Part shown: piece after piece, positions 35,820 through 47,619 of the stretch | Numbering within the stretch: position 1 is the first letter of the stretch | Layout of the letters: each line of letters starts with the position of its first letter | Origin: Macrostomum hystrix | Taxonomy: Eukaryota; Animalia; Platyhelminthes | DNA: 64,000 nucleotides | NCBI GenBank assembly: GCA_950097015.1 | Contig: CATNEN010000024.1 | Coordinates: 3,100,001-3,164,000, forward strand | Reading direction: 5' to 3' | Notes under the pieces: generated by a model | Seen by the model: only the letters and a program-made list of their open reading frames with translations | The model's database searches: none | Told to the model about the DNA's origin: nothing | Position numbers and translations under genes: made by a program

Positions 35820-35915
35820 AGTGTCTTGCTAAAGGACACCATTTTTTCCAATGGAGTCGGGAATCGAACCCCCGATCTTCAAGTAGTTAGTCCAACGCCC
35901 TAACCACTAGGCTAC
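35820..35915 (-). mobile_element. SINE family 2-related head
   Basis: Reverse complement GTAGCCTAGTGGTTAGGGCG...GGTTCGATTCCCGACTCCATTGGAA...GTGTCCTTTAGCAAGACAC. Confidence 0.7.
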
Positions 35916-36459
35916 AATGCCCGTAGCCTTAAAATACCTGCAGTTTCCATATTTGAGAAATACGTGAGAAATAAGTAACAACCAGAGAGTAGTAAAACTA
36001 CAATCACGAGCAAAAAAAGTCCTTCAATTCAAATCGCGAAAACGTAACTGTAAGGGCACAAAGACAGTAGATTGCCAATGCCAAAACATGGCAGGTAAAA
36101 TCTTCATGCGGCCAACAAGAAGGTTCAAGTTTCTCATTCATCCAGAGTTACTAATCCGCTTAAATGGCATCTAACCAACGGGAGAAATCGGATTCACGGC
36201 AGATCCGTGGCAGTGAGTGGCATTTTAGAGGAGCCGCATCAGAACTGGCTAATCCTGAGCATCTGATAGCAGGACACTGCTAAAAAATCGGAAATAGGAG
36301 ATAGCCAGACTGAAACAAAAGACAAACGATTCGCAAAAAAACGGTTTTATGAAGCATCGTGAGCGGTCCCAAGGGACCCAGTGGAGTTATTCGACGAGTA
36401 CAAAATGTGAGCAGCGTCAAATATTGGCTGCTTGAGTTCGCGTCTCGCGTTGAGCAGCC

Positions 36460-39400
36460 ATGGAACTCCGTTCGGCTAGCGTCCCTAGCCTGCTTATTCC
36501 ACTTATACCGGCCCTGCTATGCCTTGTCAAGCCGGTCGATGCGGCCGACTTCCGGGTGCTGGTGGCAGCCGAGACGTCGTGGCCCGGAACCGACGCCTTC
36601 GTGAGGGCTGTCTTTGACCGACGGGTCCGCCTGAACTGGCGTCTGCAGCAGCTGCAGTCGCACATGGTTGAGCCGCTGCTCCTCCGAGCTGGCGGCTCCG
36701 GCCAGGCCACAGCGGCTCAGCGGCTCGGTGAGTTCGAACTGAATTTGAACTGAATCGAATTGAAGTCTTCTTAAAGCCCCACTAACTTCCACGGAGAAGG
36801 GTGTCCTGTACCGATGACCTCCATAACCTCCTGTCATCATTTCAGTGTGCGAGGCGGTCTCAGGAGGGGCTTCGGGGCTGCTGGCGGTCGGTGGCTGTCC
36901 GTTCCTGACGGAGCTTAACACCCTGGCATACAGCCTGCAGCTGCCGTTCATCGGAGTTCCCACCACGCTTTGCCGGATGAGGCTCCAAAATGGTGAGCAT
37001 CTGCACAGAAGATAACTATGCCTCAATAATTATGAATCGAATGAATTACCACCATCAGATACTGTGTGCTTCGCGAGTTTTATCACAATCGCAATAACAA
37101 AACGATGTGCATATTGATCATGTTTGATCGAATTTCAAGGCTTCGGATTCACTTCCGGGCACGATCCGAGCGACCTCATTGACGCTGGCGTGAGTGTGCT
37201 AAAGAAAACATCACCCAGAACTGCTGTCGTCTACTATGACTCTTCCCAGGGTGAGACGCGCATTTCGAGCGCACAATCATGCGAATGTTTACTTCGAGTG
37301 CAATAATGGATTAATCTGTAGAAAAAATATAGAAAAATATAGTATTTCTCTCATCGAAATCTTAGACACATCGATACTGGAGGAGGCGGAGACCAAGCTG
37401 ACCTCAGTCAGCATCAGCTCGCTCACATTCTCGGTGGACTCACTGAACTCGTCGGCTCTGGCTGATCAAATGCTCCGCTTGGTCAAGAACAAGATCCGGC
37501 ACTTTCTGGTGATCGCAGCGGAGGCCACGGTCTCTGCGATCCTCAGCATCGCCGCCGACTCAAAGGTGATGCAGCAGAACTACTTCTGGGTGATCATCGA
37601 CACGGGACTGTCCCAACAGACGCTGCTGTCTCGCGCCATTCCCAACTCAAACATTGTGCTCGTCCGAGGTGGAGCGTTCGGTCTGGAGCAGTCGGGCTCA
37701 TGTCCCGCCACGGTGCTGGACGTGTTTCCACTGTGCGACGCTCCGATCGTGAAGGTGAGTCGAGCGAGTTACCTGAAAATTTGTCATTTTCGCTTGCAAA
37801 GTCGAATTCGCTCCCCGTCCAGATTTCAGAGATTCGGTTCGTCGATGCTGTCGAGGCTCTCGCAAAGGCGCTCAACGACTCGCTGTCGACTCACCACATC
37901 GCTGTCAGCAATTTGAGTTGTTTGGCCAAACAGAACTGGACTTGGGGCCGAACTCTGGACGATGCCATTGGAGCCGTGAGTTTCTTTTGATACCGTTGCA
38001 ATGTGTTTGGGTGCAGCTCAGCAGCCGCGCCTCATGCGCATGACTTTCCCGAGTTGCAGATCTCCGACTACGACACGTTCAGAGGCGTCATCGCCTTCAA
38101 CTCGACCAGCAGGTACTTCGTCGGTCAGGGTGTCGACGTGCTCGGCACGTGGAACGAGAGAAGCGCCGAGTCTCCGGTGATGAAGCTGTCCGCGAGATTC
38201 GGCATCGCGAGCCGTCAGCTGACTGTGCTGGCCTCAGTCCGCGGCTCTAGAGTAGCGTTTCCCAACACCTTCCTGGGCTTCAAGAACCAGACACTCGTCA
38301 TCTGCTCGCCGTTTGTGAGTTTTCTATTTCTTACTTTTAATTCCCAGGTGTTGCTAATTATTTGTTTGGCTCATCGTCTGCAGGCGCCACCGTACAACTA
38401 TCACCTGGCTAGTTTCCCGAACAGGACGGTCATCCTTGGCGGCATGGTGGGCGACATGCTGCAAATACTGGCTACGAAAATGGAATTTACGTAAGACATT
38501 AATGCACTGAAATCGATTCAGCAAATTGCAAAAAAGCAAAAAAGTCAATAGAGAGCGAAACTTCACAAATTTACTTGGTAGGTACATCACCCAGGACTCG
38601 TACGACAGCACATTTGGCATAGTCACCAAGGGCGTGCCTTCTGGCTGTCTAGCCGAAGTTGTCAATGGGGTGAGTTGGGAGAGCAACTGAAGGCGAAAAG
38701 CTTTGTCGATCAGAGGAATCAGAGATGTTTGACGGTCTGAGAGTTCTCAGAGATGAGTGATGTGGGGGCAGTGTACTGCTGAAAAGTACTTCCTGCCCCA
38801 ATGCGACTTGGTTGATCAAATTACAGACGGTCACTCTTGGCGGCGGGCCGTTCGCCAGGAGCGTCAATCGCGCCTCCGTGGTGGAGTTCTCGTCCGCCTT
38901 CTTCCAGGAGTCGATTGCCATTCTTGTGCACCGGCCGCCAGCGCCCTCCAAGCTGTGGAACCTGCTGATTCCGCTCAGGTCCGATGTGTGGATCGCCCTT
39001 GGTGTGACCATTTTGCTCGGCTCGTTTGTCAGCTGGGTGCTGGCCTACTTCTCGCCTTTCTCAGCCTGGAATCTAGGCCTTGAGTACGCCTGCGCCGATG
39101 AAATCTGGTTCCAAGAGTACCTGTGGAGCACGCTTGGTAGTCTCCTGCTGCAGGGCCAGGACTTTTATCCGTTCTCAATGTCGCCGCGAACCGTCATGGC
39201 CTTCTGGTGGATGTTCTCCGTCATCATCCTGGCCGTTTACACGGGTGAGAGGCTTGGCCATGTTGGAACCTTGTGAACCCTGTTTTGTGATCCTGGCTCT
39301 CTTATTCTCCGTTCGTTGATGCTGTCGAGGCTCGTGTTTTCTTACCCCCTGCTCTCATGATTGGCTGTCTCTCTCGCTGTCACCCACCCCCGCTGCCACC

Positions 39401-42011
39401 CTAACCCTTTGCGCGAGTAGTGTTTTGTTTGTCAAGACGATCTCCATGACTGGCTAGGGGTAGCTGCCCTGTTGGGCGTGTACTTTTGAGCCGATGGACA
39501 TCTAAGCAGCCACCTAGTCTGCTAACAAAGATATAACTACCCATATTCCCATTCTGGTCCGTGGTTTATGACCTCTAAAACCAGCAGGAAAAACTGAGAT
39601 TGAATTCCATCTTCCCAGCAATGGCACTTCTCCGCTGGACCAGGAACAAGCGCATGCTGGCTTGTGGGGCTCCGAAAAAATTTGTTACTTCTGTGTTCCA
39701 AGGTTCAATAATTCTTTCCCACTAAGATGGCCTCTGTTACAAGCGACTCTAGACATGTATTGTCCTGGCAAGTCCAGCCCGTACTGGAACTCCACATCCA
39801 ACATGGTAAGGGCCTCAATTATCCATTGCTGGTGATACGGGCTTATCCCAGGAGTTCCCCATGCAGACATGTTTTTCAAGCCCCTTGGGGGGAACAAACT
39901 CGTTTAAGCGGTGAAAGCTCCTGCTGCGGAGTCTATCCATGGACTCATCTATAACAAAGGCTGTCTCGTTGAGCAGGGAGGCAAAATCATAGACAAAACC
40001 AGCTGGTCTGTCTACGGACTCAAACTTGTTAGAGCATATTTTCTAAAATCCATGAATCTAAGATAGTGAAAACTTCTACGTTTCCAAACAACCTGCAGGT
40101 GACCTCGCCTCCGATCTGGTGGTGACCAACGAAGCTCTGTCCATCAAGACTCTGCAAGATCTGGCCGACAGCGGCACCGTCACACCTGCGGTTGGCGCGG
40201 GCTCCTTCACCTGGGACCTGATACAGGCTGGCGGCCGGCCGGAGTACCCCGAGCTGGCCAGGAAGCTCATCACCTTCCAGGGACCTCGCGGCTGCCGGGA
40301 GCTGGTGCGTGCGCGCCACCACGCATCTCCTGCGGGGAGGCAGATTGAGAAAGCGATGAAGAGGGACGAGAGAGTACAGGGAGAGAAGGAAGAGAGGGGA
40401 ATAATAGCAGGTAAGGTGAGGTATAAATTTGAGGTAAGGATACGCGATTGAATAGAATGAAATCTCATAGAATCTCTCATAGAATAGAATGAACTGCAAT
40501 AAAGGAGGAAGGATGATAAGCCAATATACCTGGTATACTGATGAAAAAAATCAAATGAAAAACTAGTATTAATGATAATACTCCTAGGTACTCAACAAAA
40601 ACGCGGCCTGCTTGATTGACTTCACCTTTGCCACACTGATTTACAATCAGTTCTGCGACAAAGTCTACCTGGGTGCCGAGACCATCAATCCATTCACCGC
40701 AGGCCTGATCTGGCAGCCGGATTCGTACTTTGCAGACCTGTTTAACTTCCAGTGAGACTGCGAAGCCTTTGGAAGAACTAGTTTCGGTGGCGAGACATGT
40801 TTGTATTAGCAGTTGGAAAAGCCAAAAAGCGATTTGATAAGCACAATGTGAACTTAGCGGGTGAATTCGACCTTGTGATAAATGCCCAAACTCCCACTTC
40901 TAGACAATCGGCAACAATTGCCTCAGGCATGTACGCCAGTCACTTACTGCAGTTCTTCTTCTTATGCTGGTGGCTCTTCCACTTATTGATCATTCGTGTC
41001 TTCTCTGTGTTTTGGGTCGTCAGAGTCTCCTTTGTCTTCTGAGCGAATCAGATAGTTGACGGCTTCCTCGAGCTCAGAATTCACAATAGAAACGTGTGCC
41101 CTAGTAAAAAATTGGAATCTCTCTGGTGTTTCTCTAAGAGGTTCCTCCTGAAAGGCGTCTTCTTCGTTACCTCCGAAAGATAACGGATAGCTCAAATCAA
41201 TCAATAATACTCTAGGAAAGTATCCTAAGAAACAAACAGGCTCTTCTCGAAAGTAGCTACGATAAGTGGCTCTCGTGAACTTAATTCACTTCAAAAAATG
41301 ACGCTAGCTGAGTCCTCCTATTCTTAGTATTTCCTAGTCCTCAAGTGCACCGGCCCAGTCTGATTTTTCAGAAGTTTTTGTAGTTTTTGTGACAACCGTT
41401 CTAGGACCTTGTGTTTACTTAGGTCATGCGTGCTTGATTTATGGGGTCGATTGTGTTGTAGAGCAGGGTTTTAGGGTTAACATTCCCATATTTGGAGTTT
41501 CAGCAAATACAGTGGTCAAGAACCAGGGTTTTGCGATTATGTAATATTCCCAAGTCACATGACATTCTTTCTAAAAATAGCAAATATGTCAAGATGGCTC
41601 ATTAAAAAATATTAACAGTTATAACTTAGATTTCCTGTAACATTACTTTAAGTAGGACGATCAGCATACTGTATGATGTTACTATTTCAATACGCTCTAC
41701 ATGCTTAAATATCGATTTGGCTACTAAAGTCTCAGAAGCGCACCTGACGTGACTCATCATTTCCTCCTAGCATCGAGAAGCTGAACGAGGCCGGCGTTCT
41801 CTGGAAGCTGTTCCTGGACAACGCCAACGGCACAACCAGCTGCACTACGTCCAACGCCGTCCCGCCCGGAGCCCCAGTGAACCTGGAGGGCTCCGGCGCC
41901 TGCTTCATCATCATCGGATGCTGCTATGTTGCCGGCCTCGCCTTCCTGATTATCGAGCTGCTGTGGGTTAAGGTGGCCAAGAAGAGCCCATTGGACTGCT
42001 TTATTTACTGA
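36460..42011 (+). CDS. Divergent ionotropic glutamate receptor family subunit, 12 exons (36460-36727, 36846-36992, 37140-37250, 37366-37754, 37823-37975, 38060-38314, 38384-38490, 38582-38669, 38827-39244, 40099-40304, 40588-40751, 41771-42011)
   Basis: Signal peptide and full amino-terminal domain; S1 GPFARSVNRASVVEFSSAF; M1; pore LWSTLGSLLLQGQDFYP; SPR; M3 WWMFSVIILAVYTGDLASDL; S2; KLNEAGVLWKL; M4. All intron phases are consistent. Confidence 0.9.
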
Positions 42012-42867
42012 AGCTTTTAGAGCCTAGTCACACAACAGCGGGCAATATTTGACAGCATGTGGTTTTTAGCTAATAGATGGAACAATTTGTCGAAGTTATT
42101 AAACGGACCACTTTAGCTATTTGCTTATTTTATTATTCAGACGCTTCTTAATTTCATCAGAAGCAGTAACTTCGCACGAATCACCCTCTAATTAAAAGAT
42201 AATCTGAGTTTATATTTTTTGTCTGCTGAAAAAAACACGGGTAAACTCGTATTAAAGTTAACAACTTCAATCATATGATTCAGTGGAAATCAACAATCTA
42301 ATTCTGATTTTGATTAGCCGGTCACGATTCGTTTAGCGATCAACTGCACGATTAGTGACCTAAACATTGGGTACGAGCTACTTTGTTTTTTAGCATTTAT
42401 TGACAAATATTGCTGGCTTCAAGGTAGCACAAATCAGCATCTTTGTTTAGTTACAATAGGAGGCAAATGTCTTGATTGTTAGCCGTATGATTCTGGAAGG
42501 AAACCAGCGTTAAACAAATTGCATTTTCAGTATTGTTTTACGAACGCTTTGTATAGGGAAGACATTTTCTTATCTTAAACTGAACTGAATTGAACAGGAG
42601 AAATACACTATAGAAACACCCTTTAAATACTACTTTAAAAGTAGCACTAAAAATCTACGTCTCTTTTGTTGTTGTCAAACGAATCACAACAGCAGCAGAA
42701 GCGGCAGCAGAAGTATTCGATAAAATCACTGAATAAAATCTTATGAATGATGATTCATAAAATTTGACATTCATAAGATTTGATTGGGTAATGAACTGTC
42801 GGTGAATTTTATAAAAGGCCTTTAGCTACAAATAAATGCGCAGCTGCTGCATATCCACTCGGCTAAC

Positions 42868-43086
42868 ATGGCCGTTCTTCACTCGATCATCCAGTGCCCA
42901 CTGCTCCAACTTCTACCGGCTCTGCTATGCCTTGTCAAGCCGGTCGATGCGGCCGACTTCCGGGTGCTGGTGGCAGCAGATACGTCGTGGCCCGGAACCG
43001 AAGCCTTCGTGAGGGCCGTCTTTGACCGACAGGTCCGCCTAAACTGGCGTCTGCAGCAGCTGCAGTCACACATGGTTGAGCCGCTG
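42868..43086 (+). pseudogene. Truncated tandem duplicate of iGluR exon 1
   Basis: 42917-43086 matches 36509-36678 with 8 substitutions, then stops abruptly. No downstream exons. Confidence 0.85.
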
Positions 43087-43094
43087 AGCCGCTG

Positions 43095-43136
43095 TTGTCA
43101 CCAAATGATGTGCCATTGCCCAAAGCCCACCTGTAG
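43095..43136 (+). mobile_element. 3' end fragment of SINE family 1
   Basis: TGTCACCAAATGATGTGCCATTGCCCAAAGCCC.CCTG matches the SINE 3' end, for example 45552-45590. Confidence 0.75.
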
Positions 43137-43581
43137 TACTTGAGTACTTGAGTGCTTGAGTACTTGAGTGCTTGAGTACTTGAGTGCTTGAGTACTTGAG
43201 TGCTTGAGTACTTGAGTGCTTGAGTACTTGAGTGCTTGAGTACTTGAGTGCTTGAGTACTTGAGTGCTTGAGTACTTGAGTGCTTGAGTACTTGAGTGCT
43301 TGAGTACTTGAGTGCTTGAGTACTTGAGTGCTTGAGTACTTGAGTGCTTGAGTACTTGAGTGCTTGAGTACTTGAGTGCTTGAGTACTTGAGTGCTTGAG
43401 TACTTGAGTGCTTGAGTACTTGAGTGCTTGAGTACTTGAGTGCTTGAGTACTTGAGTGCTTGAGTACTTGAGTGCTTGAGTACTTGAGTGCTTGAGTACT
43501 TGAGTGCTTGAGTACTTGAGTGCTTGAGTACTTGAGTGCTTGAGTACTTGAGTGCTTGAGTACTTGAGTGCTTGAGTACTT
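43135..43581. repeat. 16-bp minisatellite (AGTACTTGAGTGCTTG), ~28 near-perfect copies
   Basis: Tandem units visible. Confidence 0.97.
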
Positions 43582-44134
43582 GGTTTGAGTGTTGAAACAC
43601 TCAACACTTTACTATAAAAGTGTTAGGCAGCGGTAGTGTAGCTCGTAGTGTTTATTGTTGCCAGTAATAAAAAAACGTTATAAGTCTGGACTCTGAACAA
43701 TGAGACACGTTGCTACTGAAGCCCACAAAAATACACCTTTGCAGCACACAACCGGACACGGAGCATTCCAGAATTTTTTGCTGTTTTTTCTTCTGTACCG
43801 AACGTTTTTAATTAATCTTCCCTCGAGGTAGGTAAATTTTTTTGCAAATCCGATATTGCTTCAAGAAAGCACGACCTACGCCAGGAAATTATGTATCGAA
43901 GGTATAATCGCCTTTTTTAATTTGATTTTTTTAAACAATCGAATATCTTTGATCGACTCGAAACCGAAAAATAATTGCTTTTTTTCAAGAAGAAATCGTT
44001 AGCATATAATTCGACGACATAACGTTCACGACACGAATCTGAGTCTGCAGTTAGTTTTAATCTACTATAAATAAAGCGGGTACTCGCGCATGCTCCTGGT
44101 TTTCTTTCGTCTCAATTGTCTCCAATCAGTAGCG

Positions 44135-46356
44135 ATGGCAGATGTTGAGGAGGCCGAACGAATCGCTAGAGAGAACCGGCAGCGTTTTAAAAACGACCTG
44201 ATTGAGCCGAAGCTAACTCCAGACCAGGTTCTGAGCTACTATGATCAGTGGAGCTCAACCTACGATGACACCATGTATACTGGTGAGCTGGAAGTGTGCG
44301 AAATTACCGAGCCCATTATTTCAAACTATCATTTTCAGCTTATCGACTCGAACTCGCTACCAATCTTCCGTCACCAGTCGCATCATTCCATTTATAATCT
44401 CCTATCTAATGAATCGAATCGAAGTTCTTCTCACTAGATCCCTCAAACTACAGACTCATATCCTAAATCTACAGACAAGTATCCTAAATCTACAGACAAG
44501 TATCCTAAATCTACAGATTCATCCTAAATCTACAGACTCATATCCTAAATCTACAGGCTCATATCCTAAATCTACAGACTCGTACTCTAAATCTACAGAC
44601 TAGTATCCTAAATCTATAGATTCGTATCCTAAACCTACATTTTCGAAGCCTACAGTCTGAAATCATAGACCTACAGACTTGAATTCCAAAACCTACAGAC
44701 TTGAATCCCAAACCTACAGACTTGAATCCCAAACCTACAGACTCGAATCCCAAACCTAAAGACTCGAATCCCAAACCTACAGACTCTAATCCCAAACCTA
44801 CAGACTCTAATCCCAAACCTACAGACTTGAATCCCAAACCTGCAGACTCTAATCCCAAACGTACAGACTCGAATCCCAAACCTACAGACCCGAATCCCAC
44901 TGTCAGGTGAGCTCGGCTACACGAACTTCACGGATCTCTGCAGCACCCTTGTCGAGCTGCTCCCCGAAGGAGCTGACCGGTCGACTCTGCGCGCAATCGA
45001 CGTCGGCTGCGGCACCGGCATCATCGGCGGCCAGCTCCGCCGACTCCTTGGATTTCGCTTGGTTGACGGAGTCGACGGCAGCGCCGGGATGGTGGCTCAG
45101 GCGGCGCGGCTCGGAATCTTCAACAATGTCTACGTGGAGCTCATTGTTGATCGCAGCCTGACGCAGGTGCCGCTGGGAGTGTACGATGTTGTGGTGAGCA
45201 AGGGCGCCTACATGCCCAACCATGTCAGGCCGAACACGCTGCCCTACGTTGGCGAGCTGCTGAAGAAAGGTGAGAGCGAGCAGTTAGAGCTGATTTTCAT
45301 TTTACTTCATCAGTCAGTAATTTCAATCCGTCGATCGATAATTTTACTTCGTCAATCGGTCAAATCAGGGCAGGGCCGTTAACGCGTTTTCCTCTCGCAC
45401 CAAGGTCCCTGAGCTCTCCGTCGACGATGAGAAAGTCAGGGCAGATGTACACACCTGTGTGAGCATATGCTTGCGTACGCTATCTGTGTGCGTGCGTGCT
45501 CAGGAGTCAGCGAAATGGGCAGAATTGCCTCCTCGCTGGCTGCGGGTCTAGTGTCACCAAATGATGTGCCATTGCCAGAGGCCCTCATGTTATTATTTTT
45601 TAATCAGTAATATTAATCTGTCGATAATTTCATTTTGCCGACAGATAAATTCATTCTGTCATGATAATTTCATTCTGTCAATCGATAATTTCATTCCGTC
45701 GATCGATAATTTCATTCCGTCGATCGATAATTTCATTCCGTCGATCGATAATTTCATTCCGTTGATCGATATCTCCTCTCCTTCAATCGGAAACTCCTCT
45801 CCGTCGATCGATAATTTCATTCCGTCGATCGATAATTTCATTCCGTCGATCGATAATTTCATTCCGTTGATCGATATCTCCTCTCCTTCAATCGGAAACT
45901 CCTCTCCGCCAATCGATAATTTCATTCCGTCGATCGATAATTTCATTCCGTCGATCGATAATTTCATTCCGTTGATCGATAACTCCTCTCCGTCAATCGA
46001 TAACTCCTCTCCGTCAATCGATAACTCCTCTCCGTCAATCGATAACTCCTCTCCGTCAATCGATAACTCCTCTCCGTCAATCGATAATTTCATTTCGTTG
46101 ATCGATAATTTCATTCCCTCGATCGATAATTTCAAATTCCCGATCGATAATCACACAATCACCATCATTGTATCCAGGTGGCCTGCTCTGTGTGGAGATT
46201 CGCCGAGTGCTGATTGAAGAAACTGAAACGGGTCAATTCGAGCCAGAAGCGAAAAAACTCGAAGCCACGGGAAGCTGGAAGATCCTTCGCTGGCGGAAGG
46301 AGACAGTCTACAATCTCAACATCGCCGGCTTCCTCTATGTGCTACAGAAGCTGTGA
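44135..46356 (+). CDS. METTL27: METTL27 (WBSCR27)-like class I SAM-dependent methyltransferase; exons 44135-44282, 44907-45269, 46178-46356
   Basis: YYDQWSSTYDD, motif I IDVGCGTG, DGVDGSAGMV, YDVVVSKGAYMPNHV, LLKKGGLLC. Both introns are phase 1. Confidence 0.8.
44440..44895. repeat. 21-bp intronic minisatellite with two graded subtypes (ATCCTAAATCTACAGACTCAT grading to GAATCCCAAACCTACAGACTT)
   Basis: Tandem units visible. Confidence 0.9.
45370..45600 (+). mobile_element. SINE family 1, internally deleted copy in METTL27 intron 2
   Basis: Head fragment joined to GACGATGAGAAAGTCAGGGCAG...GCCCTC plus a tail. Confidence 0.82.
45650..46150. repeat. 21-bp intronic minisatellite (GATAATTTCATTCCGTCGATC)
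   Basis: Tandem units visible. Confidence 0.92.
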
Positions 46357-46669
46357 TTTTGTTTATTGATAAAGATCAAAAGCGATTAACTGAGCACATC
46401 CCGAGTCAATCGATAACTCTGACTAGTCGACGCGTTTGACAGCACAGACTGTTAACCAGTCGAATTAACAATGCAAATGTTATAGGATTCGTGCAGAACA
46501 ATGCTTCAGAGCCTCATTCTGATTGTCTTTTTGACTTTTACTTTTTTGAGCAGTTATATCATGCTCACATTTGCGTGCCTGTAGATTTTCTCAGCTAGAT
46601 CATTGCCATTGTGCCAATGGGACTTGATGCCTTAAATTGAATTGAATTTAAGGTGAATTAAAGGCCTTG

Positions 46670-47110
46670 AAGCTGTTAAAATGAAGGATCTGAAACTGTT
46701 AAACTGAAGGCCCTGAAGCTGTTAAACTGAAGGATCTGAAACTGTTAAACTGAAGGCCCTGAAGCTGTTAAACTGAGGGATTTGAAACTGTTAAACTGAA
46801 GGATTTGAAACTGTTAAACTGAAGGATCTGAAACTGTTAAACTGAAGGATCTGAAACTGTTAAACTGAAGGATCTGAAGCTGTTAAACTGAAGGATCTGA
46901 AGCTGTTAAACTGAAGGATCTGAAGCTGTTAAACTGAAGGATCTGAAGCTGTTAAACTGAAGGATCTGAAGCTGTTAAACTGAAGGATTTGAAGCTGTTA
47001 AACTGAAGGATCTGAAGCTGTTAAACTGAAGGATCTGAAGCTGTTAAACTGAAGGATCTGAAGCTGTTAAACTGAAGGATTTGAAGCTGTTAAACTGAAG
47101 ACTCTGAAGA
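46670..47110. repeat. 23-bp minisatellite (CTGTTAAACTGAAGGATCTGAAG)
   Basis: Tandem units visible. Confidence 0.93.
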
Positions 47111-47619
47111 TCTTAAATTAAAGATCTCGAGCCGTTAAAATGAAAGATCTGAAGCTGTTGGACTGAAAGTAGTATTTGTAGTGCATGCTTTTCAGTTTTT
47201 ACTACTCGTATATTTAGGTGTCCAGAATTGTTACCCATTAGAGAGAAACCATTTTTGGCCGCAATGCTTGGCGCGCGGGAAAATAGGCAAAACTGGTTTT
47301 TTACGAGCGTAGTGGCAAAAAACGGAATTAATTTCTGAAAGCGACGATGCGAGAAAATAAGCGACGCACGATTATTTTTAGCACTCCTACGATTTTCTCT
47401 CACTAAGATTTGGTTTGCAAAGATTTTTAACGAATTCCAGAAGCTCCTAGAAGAGCAACTTGGTCTAGCAATCCTTTTCCATTGTTTTTGCCGCTTTTTC
47501 CTTCACCCTAATGTCCCTTCCATCTTTTCTGCTTCTAGCCCATCTTCTTCTTGCATTTCTCTAATTTTTTATTTTGTCCTCCTTCCTATGATCCCATTCC
47601 TTGCATCGCCTTCTTATGA

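Noticed and set aside
44100-44135. Spliced-leader trans-splicing acceptor 5 nt before the METTL27 ATG, and a possible FBXO36/PARP4-like operon
   Set aside because: A strong cis donor (GAG|GTAGGT at ~43828) and a small upstream exon with a GTAAGT donor (12274-12327) can explain these acceptors. No SL RNA gene was seen.
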